A model generated the notes under the pieces. That model ran no database searches. It was given only the letters and a program-made list of their open reading frames with translations, and had not been told where the DNA came from. The position numbers were made by a program, and so were the translations under genes. This document shows, piece by piece, positions 1-13,100 of a stretch of 64,000 nt of DNA. The DNA is taken from assembly GCA_964035545.1 (NCBI GenBank), contig OZ037769.1, forward strand, positions 15,344,633-15,408,632, read 5' to 3'. The DNA is from Bugula neritina. Taxonomy: Eukaryota > Animalia > Bryozoa. The first letter of the stretch is position 1. The number at the start of each line of letters is the position of its first letter.

Positions 1-1977
1 GCTTCATTTGTCAACAACAAAAACTATACTAACAGCACATATCTACTACACAGGCACGTATTAAGCTTCACTAGTCAATTTCATGCCGTGAAAGAGGAGG
101 AAAATATGACAGTGGGGATTTAAAATGCATATAAAAAAGGAATCAGGGGGAGTTGCCACATGCCGCTAAACTCAACACACTTAGTTATTAGCTTGTGTTT
201 CAACAAGAATTTTAAAATTAGCAATGGTGAAAGCTACTGAATAGTCAATGATGGATTTGGTAGACCATTTCAAAGGTCTTAATAACTTATATAAGTTATG
301 TAGAACAATAAAAAAGGTTACATAACAAAGCTAGTAGGTAAGTATGCATACATAACATCTAACCAAAAATGCTGCATTAGTAAGTAAATATTTCAAAGGC
401 AAGAAACCAATTCCTCAAAAAGTGAAAGACCAAAACCAAGGTTATTACATAACAGCCATAGAATTTCATTCAGAGATATTGACAGTAGATATGTTGAAAT
501 TAGAGATACACATACCATAAACATGGTGAACAGCAGAAGCTCAGACTAAGAGGTTGTGCTTGTGTTTCAGTGAATTTGTGCTTCCAAAACAACTTCACAA
601 TATGGAAGAAATTGAATCATTTCATCAGGCAAGGCAATTGAAATGGAAGGTAATTAAATCAGATAGATACAGATTGCAGTGACCTTCAACAGTTAGAAGA
701 TAATTACTTTCTTTCAGAGTTTAGGACTAAAGTTGCCATAGCAGCAGCTTAATATTTTCTGCGCCACTTGTTATGAATAGATATTCCAATTTATGTACCT
801 TTAAACCTAAAGAGATCAAAAAGACCTTTGTGAAGTTACTATTCACAAATCAATTAGATACAACTACTGTAAACGTAGAAGCAAGTAAAGTCTGTATAAG
901 ATATAAATAAATTGAGCTGTTTTTGCAATTAATAAACAATCAATTTTGAGCACAATAAGAAATGAATAGGTATGAAATATACCATGAAATAAATTGGTGA
1001 AGATAAAATTTAAATGAAACTACAAAAATCACTCAAAAATTCCTTTTTTCAGAAAAGACATTTCTGTTTTTGTTCAGATTTTGAGGTGGGAAAGCAATTA
1101 TTCAAAAAAAGTCTCATTAGCCCATGAAAACACTGCCATAAGTGTGGATATTGCAAAAAAATTCTCAAGAAATCTTGTTAAACCTTTTTCTTTGTATGTT
1201 TAGTAATCAAGTTTAGTGTGAAATTTATTGTCAAAAATGCAAAGGTGGTGAGGGTTTTTTTACATTTCAATTGGCTTATACCTAATCTTATTCTCTTAAT
1301 GATCAACCCAAAACCAGTAAGTTATTTCTGGCGTTATAAAAAATGGCATTGCTAGCTATACCATAAGCAAATATAAAAATGTGAAAATTTGTCTTGGTTA
1401 AACCAAATCATAGAGCTCCGGTTGTCATTAGTCAGCCCATGGAAGTCAGTCTGAATTCTGTAATCAGGTGGTTTTGTTGGTCCTAGAGTATAGCATCATT
1501 TTTCTCTCACATAATGCTGTCAACACAGCCCACCTGGCCCCATTCAATTTATCCCGTAAACCTGTGATGTATTCATGGTAATAATATCTATTCACTTTCG
1601 ACAACATTATTGTCCGGGATAATGCACATGCTTTCACCACATTCAATACGAGGCAGCCTGAGGCAAGTCGTGTAGCCTTTATCTGACCTTAGTAAAACTT
1701 GGCACCACTGTAAAGCTACACTTAACTATGTGTTGCATTACATTACAGGAACACAATTGACAATAAAACTTCAAAAAAAACTTCAACATATTGAGGGAAA
1801 TGAATGAAGTAAACTTTACTTTTATTAAAATGAAAAAGTTAAATTTTAGCTGCAGAATTTGGTGGCTGAAAGATGAATAATAAATAAACCTTGACCAAAG
1901 TTAGTTTTACAAGTTGTTATAAGAACACAGAACAAATCAAGAACTTAGCAAACTACATATACATACACAAAACCTAC

Positions 1978-2539
1978 CATTCAGAGACATAATCCATCCA
2001 CAAGCCATGAACACAATGTTGGAACTCAAACAAAAAGATAAGCCAAGAGTAAGCACAGTTAAACATCCCAAAACAATGGCTATGCCAACTAGAATTCCAG
2101 TAGTAGAAAACTGGCTGGATGGCACACTGTTGAAATTCAAGAGAGCTCCATACTCTATCATGATACCTGAACGAAGCACAAATTACATGACTTGTGCAAT
2201 ATTGAAAAAAATGGCCTGGAATCTCATTTCACTACAATATTATAATTCAATGCAGAATCACAAAAAGATTTTTTGAAAAGTTTAATCTTCTTTGCATATA
2301 CCTTCATCAGAATCAGTAAGAAAATATTTCCATAAGCCAAAATGAGCAGGAGCAGTAACATCCTCTGCAGTTTCCAGCCAAGACGGTTGCACAAAACAAA
2401 CGATGGTGATGATCAAGTGACAAATGGAGAGAACCGCCCACATCACGCTCACAGCTCGGGAGTATGAGATATATTTGGCATGGAAGTATCGCATGCGATC
2501 AGAATTCACCGCATCTTCTGCTACTGTAGCTGCAGCCAT
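1978..2539 (-). CDS. LHFPL: LHFPL/TMHS-family tetraspan membrane protein, first two coding exons (2539-2302, 2166-1978); remaining exons not found, probably beyond the window start
   Basis: Spliced translation MAAATVAEDAVNSDRMRYFHAKYISYSRAVSVMWAVLSICHLIITIVCFVQPSWLETAEDVTAPAHFGLWKYFLTDSDE|GIMIEYGALLNFNSVPSSQFSTTGILVGIAIVLGCLTVLTLGLSFCLSSNIVFMACGWIMSLN|. This resembles LHFPL3/4/5 (NSRAIGVLWAIFTIC..FIQPYW..PGYFGL..FSTIPSSAF..ICAWMQ, recalled). GT-AG intron with matching phase 1. Confidence 0.8.
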
Positions 2540-5173
2540 TATATAGAAGTCATCACAATAAAACCAGGCGTTTAGACAAGCAGCCAATATAAATGTGATT
2601 GTGCATAATTGCAAGCTGAATAACACAGGGCTGTGCAAGTAGATTGTCCCCAAGGACTTTAATACTAACACCTTAAACAAACAGATGATTAATAACTGTA
2701 ACCATTAAGAAAGTGCAGGCTGGATAAGCATAATACAGGCAATCGAAAATAGTAGTGGATGCTTCGTCACAAAGAAAACAGAAAACCCATTACTAAAAAA
2801 ATTATAGGACATCGTGGGGGGGGGAATTTATAAAAAAAATTGAGAGTTAGGGTGCTGAACTGAGTTGAAGAGAAAAATTTTATATTAATAATTAAACTAC
2901 CATTAAGTATGTAAATTACTTTGTACAATACAACTTTGTGCATATGATATTGATCATCGCACAATTTTTTTTACAATTATTTGCAGTTTTGCATTAGCTT
3001 TACATAAATATTGCTCAGAAAAGTATTGTATTTCATTTAACACTTCTAGTGTTGAGTAAACGTCAAAATTGTATTATTAAAAAAACCATCAATGATAAAT
3101 TTACGTGGCAATAAGGTAAGACCCAACATCTTACTTCAAACTCCAGATTATAAGCACTGCTTTTTTCAAACAACTATACTATTATTAAATTTGCATTCCC
3201 ATTTATGAAAAGTAAATTACTGTTACTGAGCATGCACCACAAAAAGAAAACTTGTGGATTTCAGGAAAAACGACCCTTGCATACCAGGTCATGAACTTTG
3301 TAAGAATGTCTCTTGCAGTAGAATTGTCAATATTTTTTTTTAAGTTGGTTAATGATTTCAATTGGTTGGATCCATTCATTTCTGTTGGTGATATCTCTAA
3401 AACAAAATCTACAGTGTGCTGTCTCGACAGTCTTAAATTATAATCTATTATTCCTTTTTCACTGAAAATGGTATCCAGAGGTTGTTTGTTTAAGCTACAT
3501 ACCATCTTGCAAATGGCTTTTTCTGAGGATTGTTTGAACAATTTTATCAGCAGATAAAATTAATATTTGTTTTGTAATAGTTGTTATAAAGTTTATATAG
3601 TTATTAGATAAATAATGCATGATCTGACATAGTAGTTTTCTTATGGAGTTAATTGCTTATCCTGAGTAAGAATCATCAACTTTTATTTGTATGCATGGGC
3701 AAGCAAAAGATTTCTGTTGGATGTTACTACTGTGCTGTGTAAGTACCCTACTTTAAAGTTTTGCTTTCAGTTTGAAGCATTGGAGGTCAAGCCAGAGATG
3801 GTTCTAAACCAAACGTTTAAGGCAATCCACAAGAACAAGTTACAAAGCATGGCTGCATGAAATTCCATACCTATTAAAGAAATCATCTACGCATACTACC
3901 TAAGAATGAAGTATGCTTATTTAGACAGCTTAGACAGCCAGTAAGTGGGATCCAGTCACTTTAAAAAAATTATGTTTCCAACAAACATGTTAGTTCCATG
4001 CAGAAATATATGAAATCGTTTTATATTGCATATCTATGTTAATTGAAAAAAAAATTTTTATGTTTTTATTGTAACCCAACAATATTAATTACTACTCTCA
4101 AAAAACTTCACTATTAAAACTGAGTTGTGGTGCGAAAACTAGGAGCTATGCTTAGCAATGCATTTTACTTTGAAAAGCATCAACCTACCCAAGCCAATTT
4201 TAGGTGAAATATCTGGATATAAGCTATGAACAAAGTATCTGTGAAGTTCAGACAAGCAACAAATATTGCTCTAGTGAGAGAGTGGTAAGCTAGAACAGCT
4301 GTTGTATGTTAAAAACAACACTGAACCTTCTATACCTTCTGATGGAAGTCATTACTACTGGTTTATACCAATACAAACAACCAAAGTTAATTTTTCATAA
4401 AATGAATTCAGTTAAAAACAGATGTAAAAAATAGTGGATATCACATATTTAGCATAGCTCAATATGCTATGGAAACACATTTAGGTATCTTTTGAATTGT
4501 TGAAATCTATTATGATTTCTTCCAGCCTGAACTTGGCAAACTGACAAAAAAATTATGTACCAACTGAATTACCGGCAATGTAGTAAAAATACAGCACTGT
4601 TTAGAGACCAGTAATCAAATAACACTAATAGTTATTCCAGCAATATCAATGTTACAAAATTAGATGATCACAAATATATGTGTTGTGCTTTTTTCAGTTT
4701 AATCCAATTCAACAAGCATGGAAGCACCAGCAACTTTGCTACAGAGTTGGCAGCTGGCAGTCCACAGCAAAAATGTTTTTATTTAATTCCATCAAAATAA
4801 TTTATGACAAAGTAGAAAATATGGGGTGCCATAAAAGGAGGCAATAGTGAAATTGATGGAAACAAAAAATTTTTTATTACAACTGTGGCATGGAGGGATT
4901 GAAGAAAAACTGGTTCATTTGTAAAATAAATGTACAAGAAATACAATTGCTCCCAATGTAGCAGCATGCAGACTCCAAAAACTTTTCAAGTTTTTAGTCT
5001 AATGCTAAGGGCAGATGAAATTAAAAGAACCAACATAAGGCAGTTTATGATATAATTGGTTATGAAAATGAAGCAAGGTGAAACAGTGTGACACCCATCT
5101 TGTGGGATTGACAACCATTGTAAAGATACAAGTACCAACACAATTTAACAACAAACCAGTAACCAGAGTCTTT

Positions 5174-5965
5174 AGGCCTGGCCACACCATCGTGAGAATC
5201 ACACGAAATCGTCTATTTGACACGAAAAAACATTCGTACGAGAAAATTTGAGGGAATTCAAAGGAAATCGTCATCGTTGGGTGTACACAACAATGACCAT
5301 GGACGAAAAATCACATTCAACGATAAGTACCATTTGATTGGTCAATAGAATTTTAGCAACAGTGATTATTTCATTTTTACTACGTTTCTCTATTTGGCAA
5401 TTTTCTGCTGCTTGTATCTCGGGCAAGACTCATTCATGGACTAATAAAAATGACTTGTTGCCATCAAAGTGGTATATGTATATTATAAACGCCAAATATT
5501 TACTACAAATTTCAAAAATAGCATAAATTAAGTAGTATTGCCATGCCTATTTGCATCCAATTTACTAGTCTTACATTTATAGCAACTGTAATGTATTTTG
5601 CGTAAAATAGCTATTGCAAGCGTTATTCAATTCATATTCACATTGTAATCACAGCTAAGCTTAAACTTTATAGCTTTGTATTTACGTGCATGATTAAGTT
5701 TTAATTTTTTTTAAAATTTTATATGTATTGAAAATATGTTTAAAAACTTTACCAATAAACAAAACTAAAAAATGTACACATAAAATACCAAAAAAATAAC
5801 AAAAATGGCAAAATTTTTCCTTTATAACTTATATAAACTTGCGGTACCAATCTCGGCATAATGACTTTTTGTCTAACGAGCATGTGGCTGGTCAATACGA
5901 AAAGATAACTCACGAAAATCGTCACACGAGTTTTGTGTGATTCTCACGATCGTGTGGCCAGGCCT
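5174..5965. mobile_element. Non-autonomous DNA transposon (MITE), PIF/Harbinger-like, ~790 bp
   Basis: ~35-bp terminal inverted repeats AGGCCTGGCCACACCATCGTGAGAATCACACGAAA / TTTTGTGTGATTCTCACGATCGTGTGGCCAGGCCT (2 mismatches); T-rich 3-bp flanks; no transposase ORF inside. Confidence 0.7.
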
Positions 5966-7099
5966 TTTGACAAGGAAAAGTTATTCACTAGATTTACAAG
6001 GGATTCATTAATACAAATTGTTTAAAGCTTTCAACAGCTTAATACTCAGTACTGTTTATGTTGGCCTGGCCAACCTTGCTACTTGGCATGGCATAGTTAA
6101 CTTCACAAAGAAATCATGGAATCTGATAAAAAAAAAGTATATCGACACACAGAGACTTGTGAGCTGAGGTGGAAAAGTCCCAAGGGGGCTGTGTGTACCC
6201 ATACAGTTCTCATACAGCTTGAATTTACAAGTAAGTATTGGAAACACTAGCATACTGTTACTATGTAAACTAAGCCAAGTAGCTTGGACCCAGGAGACTA
6301 GTCTTTCAGCAAAAACTTTCGATAGCAAAAACAATTCACAGATCTGAACGAAGATGGTGCATAGCCAAGGAAAGAATAAAAAGAAAACAAGGGGGAAAGT
6401 ATCTGTAGCTCAAACTGCCAACATTTAGCTTCAATCCAGTCATAGAAAGGCAAAACCTATGAAACCAGAATAGAGGCTGACAAAAGAAAAAACGACATGT
6501 AGTGTTAGGGGAGATTTGAAAAGTTATCAAAGAAAAAGCAAAAATACAACTTCAGCCAGTTTGATTAATCTCATATTTGACTAGCAAATATGTGGCATAC
6601 ACTGAAAAAAAACTTTGAATGAGGGATTGAAAAAAACAAAAGAGAAAACTGTTAACTTGTTCACAGAATGCAGGGTTAAATAAAGTAGAACAATGTTATA
6701 CTGTGCAGAAAGTATGGCGGCCACAGAGCATAGCGTCGTGGAAAACATTCAAAGTGAAAAAGTATTAAGAAGAAACTGTTGACCTCTTCAGAAAAATGAA
6801 GTATGAAAAATATTATACTTGGCCGAGAGTATGGCAGCTGCAGAAGCATAACGCCATAAATTAACTAGTCCAGTATTGCCCTCCCTAACCAGCTGCAAGC
6901 AACTGTTAATCAACTTTAAATTGTAACGATTGAATTAAAACATAACATATACTAAACTGATCATTCAACTGTAGTGCCTTAATATAAAATAATTTTATAA
7001 TATACAATAAAATAATACAAAATACTATAATAGATTATATAACTAACTATAATAAAACGTATTATACAGTAAATAAAATTTAGTAGCTGAAACAAATAA

Positions 7100-7105
7100 T
7101 TTATT
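7100..7105 (-). terminator. Putative polyadenylation signal (AATAAA) of SETD6
   Basis: TTTATT on the + strand ~55 nt past the SETD6 stop codon. Confidence 0.5.
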
Positions 7106-7159
7106 GAATTCAAGGTGTGACTCACATGTTCTGACAAGCGGGTGACCTCCGGGTGACCT

Positions 7160-10100
7160 TCAGTCGTACCAGGTAAGCCACTGCTTTAAGTTTTTAAGCT
7201 GCAAGATTTGCCCGTCCCTGACGTACTTAGAGTAGAGCCGTTTCCTGGTGAATTTAGATTCGTCTGCTCTGGAAGGGCTGGAGAGCTCATCCAGCATGAT
7301 GTCAGCAACTCTGTAGAACATAGTAGAATTTTCTAGACTCAATAATTATGCCGTGATGGGAAAATAGAGACAATACTGAATAGATAATTATTAATCTTCC
7401 TTCCATTAAAGTCTACATGTATGTATATTGTTTGTCCACAAACTTGGCAAATAAATCTAGTGAACAAAAATCACACAGGTATACATGAACATTACTAGAA
7501 GGGAAGACAAAGTAACACACCAAATGTCTAATAATTTTGAGTAGTAGTATGCAGGTGAGAGCAAAAACAATAAACACAATGTTTTGTAGGGAAGAGTAAC
7601 TATAGACTAAATGAATGAAAATAAAAAACTTATTTCATCAGCATAAGTTTAAGAAACAGCCATCAGGAATGTATGAATGTAAATTAATGGAAAAAATGTT
7701 GATTTTGTGAGCAAGAAATAAATAATATGATAATTGCATTTCAAACAACATAAATGTTTCTAGAATAATCGGAACTTTGTGTGCATAGTGTTCTCACTGT
7801 ACAACAGTAACCTCAGTAACGCGGCAGTGTGTAACGCTGTTGATTAGTAAGCAGTAATATTGATACACAGGGGAAATGAGTCACAGAAGAATACACCAGA
7901 TGATGTGTCAGGGGAATACATCACACACGATATATCGAGTAAATACATCACATGATATATCAAGTAAATACACCTCACACACGATATATCAGGGGAATAC
8001 ACCACACACACGATATATCAAGTAAATAAACTCACTTGGATAGCATCACTTTGGTGACCGAGTCCATATTGCTCAGCTTATCTAAAACATTAGAATAGAA
8101 GTAGACTTACGATACATAGGAAAAATAATAGACAACTCCTAATATATACAAGATAGACAACTCCTAATATATACAAGACAAACAACTCCTAATACATAAA
8201 AGACAGACAACTCCTAATATATACAAGACAGACAACTCCTAGTGTATACAACACAGACAACTCCTAATATATACAAGGCACACAATTCCCAATATATACA
8301 AGACAGACAACTCTTAATATATACAAGACAGACAACTCCTAATATATACAAGACAGACAACTCCTAATATATACAAGACACGCAACCCTCCCCCCCCCCC
8401 CCCCCCACCGACATAAGAATTCCGAGATGTACAGGCTCAGCGTTTAGCGAGCAAGAAAAGAACACAACTCCTAACCTTTAGATATATCAAAGTTCTCTTC
8501 ATCGCCACTCAGCCACCCTTCATCCTCGTCACTATCGGCAGCGTCTCCGGCAGCGTCTCTGGTGTTGAGTGCTGCCAGCTTAGCTTCCAGCTCCTCTCTG
8601 TCCATCCTCAGCGCCTGCAGCAGACATTTAATCGTAGTAGAGGGAAATTAGAATTGTTACATAATTCTAAAAGATTCAGTATATACTATGAGTCACTCAC
8701 CTTGAGTATATACTATGACTCACTCACCTTGAGTATAAACTATGACTCACTCACCTTGAGTATAGACTATGAGTCACTCACCTTGAGTATAGACTATGAG
8801 TCACTCACCTTGAGTAGACTATGAGTCACTCACCTTGAGTACATACTATGAGTCACTCACCTTGAGTATAGACGATGAGTCACACAGGCCGGAGACGTGC
8901 AAACATATGGACTGTCTGTTGATGTAGTTCTTCACCTCCGCTGACATCGTTCCGTCATAGTCAGCACATTCTGTTGCCAACTACAATACAACCAACTATA
9001 GCAGATGTATACTATAATTATACTAAATATACTATATATTATAAAATACAAGTGACCGAGGAAAATGGAAAAATTCGGTTTAACTGGGAGTTAGACAAAA
9101 ACCAGCCACCCGAGCAGGTCATGGCAGTTAAAGATGAACAACTCATGCATACTGCATGCTACTCATGGGTACTATATACTACTCAAAATTAAAAGTATTT
9201 GGTCAATCATGACGTTTTTAATATACTCCAAAAAATTAAAAAGAGAAAAACTGGAAAAACATCGATGCCGAGATCTTGACTAACCTTCTTATCCAGCCAA
9301 TCAAATCTCAAAGTTGTATCTGGGAACCCAATCTCCTCACAGGCCTGTCTGATAGCTGGTAGCCTAAGCTCTGTGGTGTTGTAGGGATTACTGAGGGGCT
9401 TCACGCAGAACCCGTACATGAGCAGCAGAGTGTAGTTGGATATCTTGCCATACGTGTTGTAAATCTCTTCACCCTTAGAGGTCAACAGAAAGGAGACAGC
9501 TACTCAGTGAGGGGTAGAGAGCTTACCATAATGAAAGTATGTCACCTTCTCACAACATATCTTCATTGTTTCTAACAGTCTAGCCCCTAATATATATGTA
9601 TTCAGCCTGAAAATTATGAGAGTTTAACAGATAAAATCAAGTCTTGCTACATTTTTCCATATATTTTTTAGTTATTAGTAAAAAATGGGTTTTTCTGGTG
9701 AATTTTGCATAACATCAAGTGGACTGTATGTAACTATTAAAAATGCTAGTTATACTATTTTGTAAATTTTTATTCAAATAGTAAAGTTTCTAATCTTTTA
9801 AAAGAGATACAAACTACACCATAACGAGACTACCCAAATAAAGAGACAAAGCAAAGCGTACCTTCTTAATATCCTTAACGGCAATCATTCTAAAGGTGGC
9901 TTCCCCGACGTTGAGCTCGGCGTTGTGGTCCGGCACGTGGTTCAGCAGGTCGGCCATCGGTACCATGATAGTTGAGGGGGCGGAGTCTACTTCATCGTCA
10001 CTGTCGCTGTCATCTGAAAAAGAGGCGTTGATTGTGAGAGTTGTGTCCCCGGCAGAAAACAGAATCTTCCAGCAGAATAAAATCAAACAGAGAAATAACT

Positions 10101-13100
10101 GGAAAACCTCAAATAGACTGGCTGTACACAGGTAAACTAAATTAGTACAACCTACACAGTAAGTTACTAGTATATAATATACAGAGCCACGTACCTTCAT
10201 CATCCTGGTTAGAGGTGATGTCATCTGTAAAACTGTAGGCCATAATAAAAGCTGACGTCTGCTTAGCAAACTGGAAATCTCTGAACTTCTCGTGTCTTTA
10301 ATAAATAAACAGTATTCCATCATACATAACATATTAGTTAATAAATAGTTGCATTAGTTAATACATTTAGGAGCAGTAGTGGAGAAATTGAGATAAACTA
10401 AATTCTTTAAGTTTTTATTAAATCTAGGTTTGGGGCGCAGGTTTAAATTATCGCAAAAACATAACTTATGCTACATTTCTAATCTAGGGTTTTTCTCAAT
10501 CTCTCCATTACTGCACCTACTACCTCAGTTAACTATAGTCACATTAGTTAATAGTCACATTAGTTAATAGTCACATTAGTTAATAGTCACATTAGTTAAT
10601 AGTCACATTAGTTAATAGTCACATTAGTTAATAGTCACATTAGTTAATAGTCACATTAGTTAATAGTCACATTAGTTAATAGTCACATTAGTTAATAGTC
10701 ACATTAGTTAATAGTCACATTAGTTAATAGTCACATTAGTTAATAATCACATTAGTTAATAGTCACATTAGTTGAACTAGCCGTCTAGCTCTTTTGAGGC
10801 TTATATTAAAAGCAAAAAAATGCTCTCTTCATAAAGTAAAATTGGCTATCATATCGGAGTTGCCTAGCCGATTAGTTGAGATAATATCAAGGAATACTAC
10901 AACACATACTGGAATATCTCAGGATTTCTCTCAATCACTGGTAGCAGCACCTCTTCAAACTCCTTCCTCATGTTCTGGATGTCCGTTGCAACCGAATGCA
11001 CCATTCCGGTACCACTCAGCTCACTGTCCAACTCAGACCTGCCAGAGAAAGCATAATATTGGAGTTGGTGCAGTAACGAAGAAATTGAGAAAAGCTCTAG
11101 ATTAGAAGTTATGTTCTCGCGAGAATTTAAACCTGCGTCCCAAAGCAAGATTTAATAATGAAATTAAAAAACCTAGGCTATCTCAATTTTTCCACTTTGT
11201 CCGTAAATGTGAGGAAGGAAGACAAGCTCAGTAGATGTGCAGAGAAAGATTGAGGAGCAAATCAGCAGTGGTGGACTATTAAATTTATCTAAAGTTTCTA
11301 ATGCAAACAAAACAAGAAGCATATTCAAAATCATTATAGCAAGAATTGAATACAGTAAGAAATCGATAGAAAATTTTGATTAGAAAAGAATTTAATTCAA
11401 TATTAAAACAGTAGGTGGAATGAAGTATTTTTCGGAAACCACCAGATCTGTATAACAATATAATGTAATAATTAATTGGTCTAATCACCATCGTAAAACT
11501 GCAAAGTAATTAAAAGATGAATAAAAAATACACACTTAAAAGTATAACTAATGTAATACTATAATAAAATGCAAGTATTTTAACAAGAATCGCCACAAAA
11601 TGGTTACATAAAAATTGACATCGATAAGTTTTAAAATATTATAGTTTACCTCTTTCACATTTCCAGGAGAGAGTTATCTGGATTGTATTTATGCATTACT
11701 TAAATGAGATTTTTGTTAAAGGTGTAGCACAACTTGCTTACTGAAGGTTCACAAAGGAACTGCTCCTTATAGAATAGAATTAACTAATATTCCCTCTAGG
11801 TTCTAGAATAATCTAAGCTAGGTAAATATTATGAATTCATCACAATGCAACTTGTGCCAACAAGCTGGCAGCTGTAATAGCATGTATCCTAATACTTACA
11901 AATATTTGTTTGTTATTGTACAGGTCTTTCAATTTGAGATGAATAGAATAGGTAATTCTATGGTTAAATGTGTGGTAGCCAGACAAACAAACAGTATGAG
12001 AAATTTTAAATCTATGAACATTAAAACTATCTTAAAATGTATTAGACACCATTTTATAACATACAACTCACAGGGAGCAAAAGCACAAAGAGTGGTGAAG
12101 TTTCTGGAAAAGTCTAGAAAATCTACTGTTAGTAAATCATTGTGGCAGATGTATCACGTTTTTGGCAGATAGAGTCCTTGATTTCTATGGTCTTCTTTTT
12201 AACGCCTCTTTCACACAAAATTCATGGCATTTAGGAGCAGTAGTGGAAAAATTGAGATAGCCTAAGTTCTTTAACTTTTTTTTAATAAATTTTGGTTTGG
12301 GGCGAGGGTTGAAATTCTCACGAGAACATAACTTTTTATGCTACATTTCTAATCTGAAACACAGGCTTTTTTCAATTTCTCTATTACTGTACCTACCTCA
12401 TCTACGGTTGTGTATCTAAACAATTTCTCACTGCTTTAAGACTCGCAGCTATAACCTAATAGGGAGCCAAAGAGTATAAACAGGTGAACTTACAGAGGCC
12501 AAAACATGGGCAACTCCATGTCGTGGAAGTTGGGAAACGTGTCCAAGTACTCTCTCCACTTTGACTCTGGATTCAGTCGCTCATACATAAGGGCGAGGAT
12601 CAGCGGTAACCAGCCACTGTTGGATCTCAGGTTATCTTCATCTAAAATATTACATTATAGTGATACATCTGAAATATTACATGATGGTAACACATTTAAA
12701 ATATTACATTAAACATTTAGGAGCAGTAGTGGAGAAATTGAGATAGCCTAAGTTCTTTAATTTTAATACTAAATGTCGATTTGGGGTGCAGGCTATGGTA
12801 ATACATCTGAAAGATTGCTAACTGGGAATAAGACTTGATATATTAATACTGTTTAATTTTATCATATAGAGTTATAACAAAACAGAAGGTGTCTTTCTAG
12901 AATATTAACTGAGAGAAACAAGACCAGTAACAATATTAGCTATAAGTATAGACACTACTAAGCCATATCACATAGAATAGAACTGCTACTGCGTACTCTG
13001 CTGTATGAAGTCAGCTATGGCACTGTTGTGAGGGGTCAAGGCCGCAGGTCGAGGTAGAATGAATATGTTCTCTCCTTTCTTGATGTCGTCTGCTGCCATC

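Noticed and set aside
571-649. Exon-like + strand segment (TTTCAG|...AAG|GTAATT) with one open frame
   Set aside because: No recognisable protein, no in-frame partner exons, and it probably lies in an LHFPL intron on the opposite strand.
3203-3541. 112-aa minus-strand ORF faintly like a non-LTR retrotransposon ORF2 segment
   Set aside because: No recognisable reverse-transcriptase or endonuclease motif; the similarity is too weak to call without a search.
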